64,000 nt of DNA. It comes from Phoronis australis. Lineage: Eukaryota > Animalia > Phoronida. Location: assembly GCA_002633005.1 (NCBI GenBank), contig NMRA01000083.1, positions 384,896-448,895 of the forward strand. The letters are read 5' to 3'. Every line of letters begins with the position of its first letter. The stretch's first letter is position 1. Shown one piece after another: positions 51,579 through 64,000 of the stretch. The position numbers and the translations under genes are program-made. The notes beneath the pieces were generated by a model, which was given only the letters and a program-made list of their open reading frames with translations, had not been told where the DNA came from and ran no database searches.

Positions 51579-54500
51579 CTATAACAAGTCAGGCAGAGTT
51601 AAGACCTCATCCCACTGTGGTGAGTAATCAAATGATGTGACTGACCTAACTGCCAGTATCATATGCAAGAGAACGACTGAAATGAATCCCCAACGGTACC
51701 CTCATCTCTTGTAAAATGATAAAGCCCCCAGAACGCTACCTGACAGTGCATGCTGGTCCCTCATGCAATAAGCAACAATGGTCACCTGGTTTTCATGGCC
51801 ATGTTTTTTCACAAAGGTCCCCTATCATAGATCAGTTGATCGTTTTGAAAACATTTCTTAACTTCTGAATTATGCTTGTTCATGGGTCCCCGGGTTGAAC
51901 CCTAGCAACTGAACAAACAGAGTGGTTGAATAACTGACCACAAATTACCAGTTCATGTCTGATCATCAGACAACCAAGAGTTTACTTAATTACTAAATAA
52001 GTATCTCAGATATGACAAACTGTCATACAACAAACACTTCCTGGAAAATAATTCCAGTTCTCTACAGAACATTTCTGTTAAGGCAGGTCTAAGCTCCACT
52101 GGTTCATCTCAAACCCTGGTTGGTTCACAACCCACCAGACTGACTCTGTTTCAGCTGTTCCCTTTTTCCTCTCCATATCCACATGAATACAATTATTCTG
52201 GGCAAATGAAACCAGATGGTTAACACAACTTGGCTATTAATGATCACTTCTGTCCAAGGAAATGCCTCAGTAAAATATAAATACAAGGCCAGGTTTTAAC
52301 AGGTTCACAATTAATCACACTGCAATGCATTTTTTTATCATAGCCATGCAAGTAATTAATTTGCTTGAGTAACTCTTCATTGCAAATGTTTAAATTGACT
52401 AAAATTAATGGCACAAAAGCAAAAACCAGAAAATGAAACTAGCACTGAAACAATTTTCAAACACCGTTTCAACACATTAGACTTCTATTGAATACAGGAA
52501 TAGGAGAAATAACTATCCATTTAGTACACAATATCACAGAAACATGGGTTTTTATTTTCTCTTATATCTCAACAAACCAACCATGAAGGTTAAGTATAAC
52601 CCTAGAAAAATGTCCAAATTTGGTGAACTTCGCTACATGATATCTCAGAAATGGCCAGTCAGATTTAAATGAAACTTTCAGGAAACATACCTTAAACATT
52701 AATGTTCCATTTTTACACAAGGGCCTGTCAAAAATGGGACAGGTATTTTGCATAGAAAAATTTAAAGTTCCAAAAAACAAAAACAAAAAATAATTTAGGA
52801 AACTGCAACAGTTTTTTTTGAGATTTTATCTTTGAAATTTATATCCAAAGAAATCTAGTCATGTCAATAATGCTGTGGTTGTTCTGCAATGAATGTACCT
52901 TTCGGTTTTTACTAAAACATGCAGTAAACTAACTCACATTATGACTGATTGGAATTTAGCAAACAATCAAATTCTACAGGCTTTCTACTTTTAGAAAATA
53001 TTTAATTTCACTGAGTAACTCAAATCGTTTTTAAATTTTTTAGTTCTGTGGATATTTGGGTAAATGCATAGATTTGTTGATAATGTATCATATATAAAAC
53101 TGCCAGAAAACAACTTTTATTAAAACTTGATTATTTATGGCAAGATGCTCAATATTTGAAAAAAAAATTGGCAATTGTTTTTGTATATAATTATCAGTAC
53201 CAACAATGAAGGGAATAAAGATATGCTGCTTGGCAAAGTGACAATAAATGTGAAGTTGCAAGGGCTGGAACAGCTGTCTTAATTGTTAAATTCTCATTTA
53301 GATATTCATCTGTGAGAAAATGTTGAGCTGGAGAATTCATCACCATACTGTGACTCTGTGAAGGTTCACATTTCACTTGAGGCTCTGTGATGGGATTAAC
53401 AATGTGAGCAGTCCTGGGAAGCCGTTCTGTAACAGCACCTGTTCATGTGGCCTGCTACAACCATCAACTCGTTACTACAATAGGGTAATGGGTCAAGACA
53501 CCCTCTTTAACAGGGCAATCCAGAAAAGCTTTCACAACTATTAACCCTCTGCCAGTACAATAAACTTAAATTAATTATATAAGAATCACATTTAAAGCAT
53601 ACATCATATGCTGTCACAACACAAAAAGCCTTGATGAGTCTTGCTAATTTGGGGCAGCAGTAGCGCGAGAATAAACAAATGCGAGTGATGCTATCAATAG
53701 TTGATCACCACGCGCCAGCCCCCAGGCAAGACAGATAGGATCAGGGCCAACTGTTGTGAAGCAGATGGGATCTAATATTAATTATCCAATTCATTTGTAA
53801 TACCCTTCCCAAGCTGGCTATAATAATACCATGTCACAACGGAGAAAAAATGAGAAACGGAAGTATACTTTTTAACAGGAACTTTACCCTGTGAATGAAT
53901 TCAATGACAACACTGTATATTGCATGTCCACCTGTGTTTGTGGACTGTGTCATTAGCAGTAGGGTACTAGTTCAGAATATCTCTCAATTCTGGATTGTGT
54001 TGCAAACCAGAAATGTTGCTAGTCAGAAAAGCTAAGACCAAATAATCAATAGGACATCGTTAATTACAGGCTTTTCCATAATTGTAGGCACTTCAACTTA
54101 ATTTCTTACTGGCCAAATGACCTTGTTCCTTCGAAATCATAGACACAGTCTTTAGATGAAACATAATTCAGTGTCTGAAAATTTTCTGTTGGCAGAAAAC
54201 TGCTAAGACATGCTAATCAAGATTGAACCAAAGATATGCTACTGGAACATGCCAAAATTGGTGAGCAGAGAAAAGATTGCATTTGTGCAGCAAGCTGCTC
54301 AGGATCTAAGGTTAGCAGCTTTCCCAGCTAATTCCACAACATGGCACCATATGGCTGGACACAGATGGTGTTATCAGAATACGGAAATTAAAATCCAATG
54401 AGAAGACATGCGTACTGACTCATTACATCAAGGTTCAATGGTGGATGCAGACCATAGACCAACTGAATGTGGCGGCAGAACTAGGCACAAGGTACAAACA

Positions 54501-56683
54501 GAAAATTTCAGAGAACCATTTCAAGAAGTTGAAACATGTAAATTCCTGAATAATGCAACTGAAATACGACATAACAAAAATATAACATGAAACTAGCAAG
54601 GCTGTCTAATGTCTGTCCCAGCTCTAAGGCAGATTTGAGATAATGCATTCTATAGAAGCCATATAAAAATACACAGCAAAAGAAGCCGACTTTTTAGTTT
54701 CAGACTTGAAATAAAAATTAAGCACAAGAAAGCCAGTCATCCAGTTTAGAGGAGCCTTATCTGCCATAGAGCCAACTAAATATCTAGACACTGCTGGTGT
54801 GATATAAACCACTCACTGGTGATCAGTCACCACGCACCACCACACTATCAGGTATGCAAGCTGCCTATTCCTGACAGGTAAACAGTCACACCACCTCTCA
54901 GGTAACATAGCCCACACTGAGACTTACATGTATCTGATTACATAGCAGACACAAGGTGTAGCACTATCAGGCCTAATTTGTCACTGGGAAAGACAGCCCT
55001 GCTTACTTCCTTTCAAAGACCACATGAACTACCTACTCTACAGGAATACACATGTCCCAATACACACAACATGCACTTGTGTGTGTTTTTCCAATTAGAT
55101 TTAATAAAGTGGGAGTTAATCAATTAAATAGATTAGCCATACAGTAAACACAGTCTGGCTACATACCTCTGACAACATAAATTGTTACAGGCAGAGAGTA
55201 CAACCTCTAGAACACACAAACAGTTTATAAGTCTCTGGTGCCTTGCCGTCTGACTCCCACATGAACAAACCTTCAGCCAGAGCTGTTCCTGCCGTGAAGT
55301 GATAGAACAGCTGGTGTAGCCAACAGCCAGAGTTATGGCGGCTGGAGCCAGCCAGACTGGGGCACACCTGGCAGGTCTGCTGCCAGTCAGCGCACAGCAG
55401 TTAATGCTGTCAAAACTCCAGCAGAAACCAAAACAACCATCACCAGTAGGAGCTCTTGTACTACACAAATGTAAGCAGGCTAGATTCAAACCAGATCCTG
55501 ACCATGTGTAGACATTAAGAGGGAAAACAGTGGTGGCGCCAAGCTATCATCAGAACAGCATGCTGGATGTCTACAGCTGGCCTCACTGGACTGGTCTAAA
55601 TAGCCAGGATGGGGAATGAAAACAACATGTGCAGTGACCATAGTGCACATAAAAGAACAATTAAATACATCTCTTCTACATGAGCCATGACCAGAGAATG
55701 TACTGGTGTTCCATGCCTCACCAGAGAATGTGGAATTTCAAGGATTACTGTAATAACTACAGAGAACATTTTGAAAACCATAGGAAATCATTACGACACA
55801 AATGTGAATAATTATCTCAAAGAAATGGAAGTTAATTGTGAATAAGATTTTTATGGTTCACCTATCCTTCCATAAAATTTGAAAATGTGAAAATTATTAT
55901 TCAAACATATTTCAGTGTTTCAGACTTAAAGACCATTCTAACTTAGTGATTTTCTGGCAATATGATAAAGAGGCTTCAAGTTTAGGGGACAATACTTTTA
56001 GCGTCCAGTCCGAGGTCCAACCAACTGCAAGCCTCCATGAAGGGTGTACCCATTGCGCACAGCAGAATAAGGAAGCCAAAGCTTCCTGCTAAGAAGTCAC
56101 GCAATGCCTGGATTCTCCAATAACTATACATCTGTGTCAAGATGAGGTAATTACTAACATCCTTAGCGAATCTGTACAGAAAAACAACTTCCTTGTGCTG
56201 ACCAGATGCGAACACAAACGAAAGGCGAAAAACTAGAGCACAGACAGTTGTAGAAAACTGGACTAGATTTGTTGTATACTTTTTCACTTAACAGACACTG
56301 TTGGCAATTTAGCAGCACTGGATGTGATCAGCCACATTTCCCAACTGGAAACACATGGACAATAATAGAAACACCAACGTATGTCCTAACATCCCGCACA
56401 TCTGCCTGGCATTCATCATGTATTTATAAACCTTTTATCATATTTTAATCTCCACATGTCCATTACTTGTAATATCCCAAAACAGTCCACGTCCATAACT
56501 TCATATGTGTGTATTTTCTAACAGAAATATACTTAAGTTCGTGATAAGTACACTATATCAGGGCACATAGCGTAGGCAGATAAAGGAGGACAGATAAAGG
56601 GGGGCGTTTTAATTCAGGTTTCCACCTTTGTGTGCCGACAGACAATAAAAGACAAGAAAAGAGTAAAAAGACCAGATTTTTAC

Positions 56684-56740
56684 TTATTATTATAAATTAT
56701 TATTATTATTATTATTATTATTATCATCATAATTATTATT
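56684..56740. repeat. (ATT)n microsatellite
   Basis: Direct read. Confidence 0.9.
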
Positions 56741-57859
56741 CTACACTAATACAGCCAATCATTGGTGTACAAAAGTTAACATGAGATCACGCAACAAAAG
56801 AGGCTTCAAGAATTTGTTGTTACAAGTTGAAAGTAGCTTTTCATGAGAGGATGCCCACCTGGGTCCTTGGGTCTATGATGCCAACTCCCTTCCTGACACA
56901 GACCAGTACCATGTGGTGACAACCAGCTGGGCTCCTGGTATCCCTCATTCACTGACAGGGGAGCACACAGTTGTGGCTGGTCTATGTCACATGACACCAG
57001 ACCACTAAGGTTTACAAAATATGGAAATACAATAAACACCAGGCTACTAGAACAACATGCTTGACTTGCACTTATGAACACAGCTCACCTCAGACATGTA
57101 AACTCAGTTCACTGACTCACAAAGTCGTCCCCCCTCACAAAAGACTAGACGCGTGTCGAGATTTTTTTGGTGCATAAGCTGTGTTTCGTTAGTGTGGGCC
57201 ATTGAGTTTGCAAGTCAGTGAACTTTGTTTACAGGTCCGTGGAATATGTTTACCTATGTTCATACGTGCATGAGTGGTGTTGTTCAGATAACCTGAGCAG
57301 GCTAATAGTCTGAATTCATGTACTACAGCATCTGGGACAAATGAAAAGTTCCCTGAGGTGAAGAGGTAGATTGCTTATTATTGGAACGAAATCATTTAAT
57401 ATCAGTTATGGTAAGTAAAATAAAGATTCAAAACTATCTATACTGGATTCTGGTGTAAAACATGAAATGAAAATTCTTGAAATGTGGAGGAAAAGCTATC
57501 TGGTGGAAATAAGTGAGTTTTGTTTCCAAAGGTAGCATAGCATACTGTTACAAACATAACTTTATTACTTATTTCAGATCCGGAAAAACAGTGCCAGATC
57601 CAAGCAATTTGATAAAGGACAGATGCTAACAATTATAATTTTTTTCTAATTTTCTTTTGCCCATAGCCCGCAGTTATGAAAACAATAACACAAACTACCA
57701 TCACAGACATTCACTTTTCAAATGTGGTATGTCCACCAACCTCCTTCAGACCTTCACCAAACCACTCAACCATGTGGAGGCCATTAGTGCATGATCCAGT
57801 CTGGGGTGTGAACAAGTCACTACCCCTGTGGTAGCTGTCAGAACTCATCACTTAGCAGT

Positions 57860-58270
57860 CTGTGACAGGTGTAGTGTAGCGGAAAGAGGGACAGGCTACC
57901 TGGGGTGCATGGAGCCAGGGTAAATCACAGACACATGGGGAACAAGGGAATGGCATTGGTGAGCAGTGGCAACAGGTGTAGTGTAGACCAAATAGGAAGA
58001 GGCTACCTGGGGTGCATGGAGCCAGGATAAATCACAGACTGAGCAGTGATCAGTCCACAACAGGTGTGTAGTGGTCTGAAGAGGGCCAGGCTACCTGGAG
58101 TTAGTGGAGCCAGAATAAACCATAGACTCATAAGGACATAATATGGAACACCAAGGATCCACAAGTTGTTGTGAAGTTTGAGCACTAAGTATGGGCTACC
58201 TGGGGTTTCTGGAGCCAGAGAAAATCACAGACACATGGGGAACTGTGACAACTCTTAGACAGGTGTGGGG
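57860..58270. repeat. Degenerate ~90-107-bp tandem repeat, 4 units
   Basis: Core GGCTACCTGG(G/A)GT....TGGAGCCAG...AAA(T/C)CA(C/T)AGAC at ~57894, 58002, 58089 and 58194. Confidence 0.8.
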
Positions 58271-59187
58271 AAGTGTTGAGGATAGGATTACAGACTCCAG
58301 TAAAATCATCAAAAATGTGGAGACTTGCTCAACTAACAACTTTAATTGTGCACAGTAGCAGATTGAATGACCAGTATTTTAAGAAGTGTGTCGTAATTCT
58401 TTTATACCTATTTAGCTCACAAAATGGCGGACAGGTGAAATTTTATTTTGTTATTTTTTCCACATTAACAGAGATTAAGAAGATTTTAGCCCATCATTAC
58501 ATTGGTTTGCATTGTATAGATGTCATTAACCTATATTTAGTAAAGCTTCATTTCCAGCAAGGTAATCAGCTTTTTTGAAAAATGGAAAATGACAATTTTG
58601 GCAAATATTTTTGTATAAAATAAGTGGAGTATTACCAGAACGGAGAACTAGATACAAACATGGTCATCTGCGCATTAGTTGGCCTAACCTGACATCTTTA
58701 AAAATAAGCCAGCGTCAATGAGCTCAACTCTAATTCAGTCATTTCCAGAAAAATACAGAAAGTATCATTTCTGACTAGGAGTTGCACAATATCTTTACTA
58801 CATAAGAAACAATAAATAAATCTACTACTGGACTTACGCCTGTAGAGATGGCTACGTTGCGTCCTCCTCTCGAGGACTTCATCAGGCCACTACATAGAGC
58901 TAAGCAAAATGCTGAACTGAATATCTATACTTTTGTGTTGGTTCTTCATCGGACTTCATGCCAGAGTACCTGAGCTTCAGTGAAGTATCAACGGCACATC
59001 AAAATTTCAGTGGGGGCTACCAATATCCTCAACATCCTTTTTTAGGATGACTGCAGTTCTGATAAGGAAGTAGTAGACATTTATATGTGAAACTGAAAAT
59101 ATGTGGTAAAATTGTGGCTACAAACCCAATAGGCAGATTTTTTATCTAGACAACTTGCCGCTCTAATAGTGCTGGTCTCAAATTGGC

Positions 59188-59292
59188 CAATAGTCTGATA
59201 TAACCTGCCCATATTTTGAGAACCAGTTTGCTGCCCATTACTCATTGGAGAAAACTGGTTTGCAAAATTCGGGCACGTTATATCAGCCCATT
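59188..59292. repeat. ~40-bp imperfect inverted repeat (hairpin or MITE relic)
   Basis: CTGATATAACCTGCCCATATTTTGAGAACCAGTTT pairs with AAACTGGTTTGCAAAATTCGGGCACGTTATATCAG. Confidence 0.65.
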
Positions 59293-59771
59293 ACCCTCAA
59301 ATTGTTCCTTTTGAGGAAGTGATTTCTAATTTTGCAAAGAACTGCCAATTTGTTATTTACTCCTCTCAGATGACACCACATGTCGAGTAACAACTGTCAT
59401 CTTTCCAAGCCCTGAAATCACCTTCAATTTGATATTAATTTCATGATGACAAGTGGTCTAAAACTAAAGTTGTTTTATAGTGACAGTTTATGACTCCTTT
59501 ATTAAGTGAGCAATCTTAACAATTAGTTGGCCAATGAATAACATGTTTCCATGTTCATAGGAATGAATAAATTTAGTACAGCATCAAGGGTCACTTTTGT
59601 AAATTGTGAAATCCATTTTTAAAATTGGTATTTCAGCAATAAAAAGAAATGCATACGAATTTACCATATAATGGTAGATTAATAAAAATCCATAACGTGT
59701 CAAAATTAAAAGTTACCACATTATTTAGCAGCTGTTATTTCTTAGTATATTTTGCTGACACTAGACACGAG

Positions 59772-59870
59772 GGTAGGGTTCAGTCATGCTAGGACCTCGG
59801 TAGAAAATCAAGACTGCGAGATTACGCCAAATATTTTCGACAAGAGTATGCGATTCTGGCTAGATTTTTC
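59772..59870. mobile_element. Degenerate partial copy of the 150-bp Harbinger-like MITE
   Basis: GGTAGGGTTCAGTCATGCTAGGACC...AAGACTGCGAGATTACG aligns by eye with 16613-16762. Confidence 0.55.
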
Positions 59871-62494
59871 ACACAGCAAGACAGCTATTGAACTTTTTTA
59901 ATTCAGCTCATTGCCTCTACTTTACTTACATTCATCACCAACAGATCTGTAACACCATATCTCTGAATTATGTAACTGCATGTGCCCATTTTTATCACTG
60001 TACAATAAATTTCACATAACCCACAATTCACCCAGTAACTGTAGCAATTGTTTAAATGATACCTCTGTGTATTGGGTATATCAAAGGACTGGTTGTGTAG
60101 TTGATACTTCAATTAACCCTTTTCCCAATGTCCTTTCTAGTATAAAACATTAATCTCAAATGTGCCTGTTTTGATCAAGTTCTCAATATAGATTATTTTC
60201 TGATCATGTCCTTCTTTCAGACATTTAGGTAATCTGATTTACCTTTTGTATCACATTTTTATTGTTTATCATTATTCTATTAGTCTTTTTGTATTAGTAT
60301 AAGTTACAGTAATACACAGCTATGTATTTTTGTATGGACGCCATATGCTTCTGTAAGTTTATTGTAACGTATTGACTTCTCTGTCTATATCAGGGATTCA
60401 TGAATGAAAATGTAGGTGCTCTTACTTAATTTATGACAACCGGTAAGTAAAAAGCTAAATGAACGAAAATGAAAAAGTACAATACATATTTGAACACTGA
60501 TAACAACGAATCAACCCATTCAACATTTTTGCCCCTGAAGTATGAGATCTCACACATTACAGAACAGATTAGTGATCAACAAAGTATTTCAAGAATCACA
60601 AAACACTTACTATTTCTCAGCTAGTAAAATATTGCGCGGTGGACAATGTAATGTACATCAATTATGCAAACATCTGCCTTCAACACAAGCACAGGAAACA
60701 CTCTTACAAACACAGCACCACCATGACATGAAAAACAAAAAGAATCAGCAGAGCTACTCACTGGACAAGTCCTTGAGACAGATCATGGGTTTAGTAATCA
60801 TAATCACGAGAATGTGTCACCAATGTGTGATAGTATCCCAGTGCTTCCTACTCCAGCTCAATATACAAACTACACTCTGACCTACACACACACCATATAA
60901 TGACAACACTGTTGTGGTTAATTCCACATGTGTATTGGACCCAACCATTTTGGTCTGCAGGGGTGGTCAAGTGCAACAACCAAGAAAAATGTGTGAATAT
61001 TGGGCTGGCACAGGCAGATGTGTGCTGTGGACAAATACACTGTGTATGCACAATGGTTGTTGAATAGACACGGAACAGGAGACAAGCCTTTGTCACCTGT
61101 ATATCAGACATATGTATACAGTCTGCAGATGTTAAGAGGACACAATAGGTATGATAGTGTGACAAGGTCTTTTAATAACACGTGAATGGGTTAAATTAGG
61201 TGTACCATATGACTTCTTGAAAGACAATTCACTTGGACTATTCTCAGCTTAGTTCTACATATAATTCTGCTGATGAGCACCCAATTATATGAAAATTGGC
61301 TCATGCACACATGGAAATATATAATACAGGTGTACTGAATGAGAGGAAATAAAAAGAAACAAGTATGTGATTTGTTGATAGCTAACATAAAAACATGTAC
61401 ACCGTATTGACTAAAACTCAAAAACAACTAAAATAATAATATTAATAACTAAAAGCAAAACAATGATTTTATAAACTTTATAAGTTTTGATAAGTGCAGC
61501 GTTTGAAAGCAGAAACGACAATAACAAGTCGTGGGACTGAGTGGCCAAACACAGGTGACTAATTCAAAAGGATCGTCTAGAAAAGCCGTAACAGACCAGA
61601 GTGATGTAAAAAGTGGTTAAAAATAGGGTAATGGCAAAAAGGTGGTCATGTGAAGCTAGTTGGACAGTGTGGCAGGCACGCGTGAGTAAGCCAAAGTTTG
61701 TCTGAACCATTACTAACAAACCTGAACCATCTGTAATCATACTCCTCAAGAGAAAGCGCTGGCCAGATGGCAATTGAAACCATAGTATTATACCTTACAA
61801 TGCACTCGCCCTTGTTTTTTATGAGACATTTCGTTCAAGTTTTCAATATTGCTTGGGAACTGAAACAATTTGTGTTTCTCACACTGAGCGTACCCAGTCA
61901 AACCAGACCAAAAACAGGTTATGCTCTAAATGAGACTACATAGACAGACATTTTCCACAGTGCTTCCAGCACTGGCAAATTTAGGATATGGTGAGGGCCC
62001 AAGTATCAAGTCCAAACAGAAAAAGACATTTGCGTTAGCACGGCCATGCAGGCTATGAAAGGATCTCAAAGTTCAGTCTCTCAATCAGAAATTCCTAATA
62101 ACTAATTGGAAGTATAATAGTACTAAAAGCCAATACAAACTACGGTAATTTGCGATCCATTGGAGTTAATTCTATCTGAACATTTCCTCAACGCTTTACC
62201 TTTATAGGCAATGCTTCACGACACTTTCTTGAAGATTCCTCCAGTTTGCAGCTCTAAAACTCAAATGTTCACCAAAAACAGATGTAAGGAAGGCATACAT
62301 CAGATGGCTCCAACAACCAATGTGCTTAGTATCTTGATCACTTCTGTTGAACCTGGGCTTTTTAAATGTCACCCTTCGAGGCGAGCTCTTTGTGATGTAT
62401 TGTCTATAGCGATGAGCAAGCATTGATCCTTGAACACACTTGGGAATCTAGTCGAGCTGTCTTGGTAATGAGTGCAAGTACATAGAAATGAAGC

Positions 62495-62640
62495 GATTAG
62501 AACGCTCCAGTCTCTATGTAAAGCTAAAGTAGGTAGTTGAAAGGGAGTTTTACAAGGCAAAACACCCCTGGCTACATGCTGTACAAGAAGACTCATTCAA
62601 ACGAGGAAGAGGCGTGAAATCATCATCTCCACGAATTGTG
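62495..62640 (+). mobile_element. Possible highly decayed LINE endonuclease fragment
   Basis: Frameshifted motifs NAQSLCKAKV, PGYMLYKK and KRGRGV resemble the APE-endonuclease N-terminus (NxxSL, PGYxxxRxDR, RGGGV). Confidence 0.25.
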
Positions 62641-64000
62641 GACAGAGGAAATTAAACCAGTGAAAAGATCAAATGTGTAAGAGATTGGCTAATGTAGTTT
62701 TACACTTTAGTGGATTTGGAATCAGGAAATTACCAGTACTAAACAACAGCAATCCGGTTTTTATTTCAGGAAGATATCAGAAATGTTCATTGGTTCTTCT
62801 TTTGAGCATCAACTATGCAACTCGGGTATTGTCCCTTAACTTTTTGTCTTAATGGTATTTTTTAAACTTTCAACTTTTTTTATTAATATCTCACATTTTG
62901 TTAGGTAACTGCAAGAAGAGACGGGCGTCTATTTTAATACACAAAAATGAAGTTTTTGCTTAAAAACGTTCAAAGATATTAAGAGCATGACACAATAGCC
63001 TCTGGTTCCGGTCAAGCCAATTTACCTGAGCCTCACCAGGAAATCATGTACAAAAAGTTCACCCCAGAGCACAACTTCTTTATTAATTCACTTGAAGTGA
63101 TCTCCCATTCTACTTTTGTACACACAATTACTACTCTACAATACCTTGTACATGCCCACCACTTCCAAGGTAAAACTGAATGAATTTCAAGGAATTTTAA
63201 TGGGATATTTCACTGTCAATCTTGATTTGTTGCTGAATGAACCGACAGCTCAAGGCAAATAAGTCCATGCGCCATTTTTGAATTCGCGCTTTTAGGGTTG
63301 GTCAAACCAACAAACACTGAAGCATTTTATTGAGTCATTAATGGTTTCTATGTTCTTGTTGGTTACCGAACCCATCACTGTAAAACAGATTTGACAAGCT
63401 TCAATGGCATAATTCATTTGTGTTTGCTTTTCACGAGGAAACTCCAACGCTAATATTTGGGTTTTTGTTACCCCAATGCCTAATCCAGCCTAAGTCAGCC
63501 TAAGCCAGACTAACCCACCCTAATCGATTCACAAATTACCGCAAAGCTCGTTTCTTAGCCACGATGCTGAAAAACCAGTACTCACTAATTTCTCTTGTAA
63601 TGCATGGATTTTTAGAATTCAAAGACAGATACTTAATTTACCGAAAGATCACGCACTGACGAACACAAGTAAGGTTTGAATAAAGTCAAAAACTTTTAAA
63701 AACAATTGTGTTGGTCGTTTGCCTTAGTTATTGTTAGTTTTTTTACTTTAAAACTCATACACTAAACTAGCGTGTTGGTTTACGACTGCAGTTATCTCAA
63801 CCAGCACGTTGAGCCATCCCCATGAATAGCGAATAGCTCACTTCAGTCCGTGATGGCGCCAGCCATCAAGCCTTTGCTGTGCAGAAGTGCAGAAGACTTC
63901 GCATGCTTTCTCGTCCACTTGCGTGCAAATCCTGTTAGTGTAAGATATGCCTATTGTGGATGCTAAATGTCTGGAGAAAAGCACTGGTTACAGTGTTTAA

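Noticed and set aside
57860-58270. CRISPR-like repeat-spacer appearance
   Set aside because: Cores are degenerate and linkers share sequence, which fits an ordinary decayed tandem repeat.
2000-62600. The many other 60-130 aa ORFs in the track
   Set aside because: Low-complexity, antisense or off-frame to real exons, or lying in repeats, with no recognisable domains.
63768-63812. Small hairpin considered as a pre-miRNA
   Set aside because: The stem is only ~13 bp and matches no miRNA family I recognise.

Overview
AT-rich, intron-rich animal genomic DNA; a marine invertebrate, possibly a lophotrochozoan, is an inference from gene structure and repeat style. It is not prokaryotic. Four genes were reconstructed by hand from splice sites: (1) the last exon of a C2H2 zinc-finger gene (+, 12-280); (2) a complete 5-exon PIG-M GPI mannosyltransferase 1 gene (-, 13447-17884) with one GC-AG intron; (3) a complete 8-exon UBE2Q-family ubiquitin-conjugating enzyme gene (+, ~324 aa), head-to-head with PIG-M; (4) an MTG8/ETO/nervy (RUNX1T1/CBFA2T family) corepressor gene (-, 44021 to at least 51578) with NHR1-NHR4. 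Three single-N junctions (7192, 18859, 44611) each sit between two near-identical copies of a segment and are most likely haplotype/assembly duplications. Non-coding DNA is rich in non-autonomous DNA transposons (Kolobok-like with a decayed THAP, Harbinger-like MITEs with CWG TSDs, a three-level nested element) and tandem arrays. The most notable observations are a triplicated splice acceptor covering the E2 catalytic-cysteine segment, and a ~3.3 kb Helentron-like array carrying a co-oriented CTCF-like motif every ~150 bp between convergent genes. No clearly new biological system is proven by the sequence alone.
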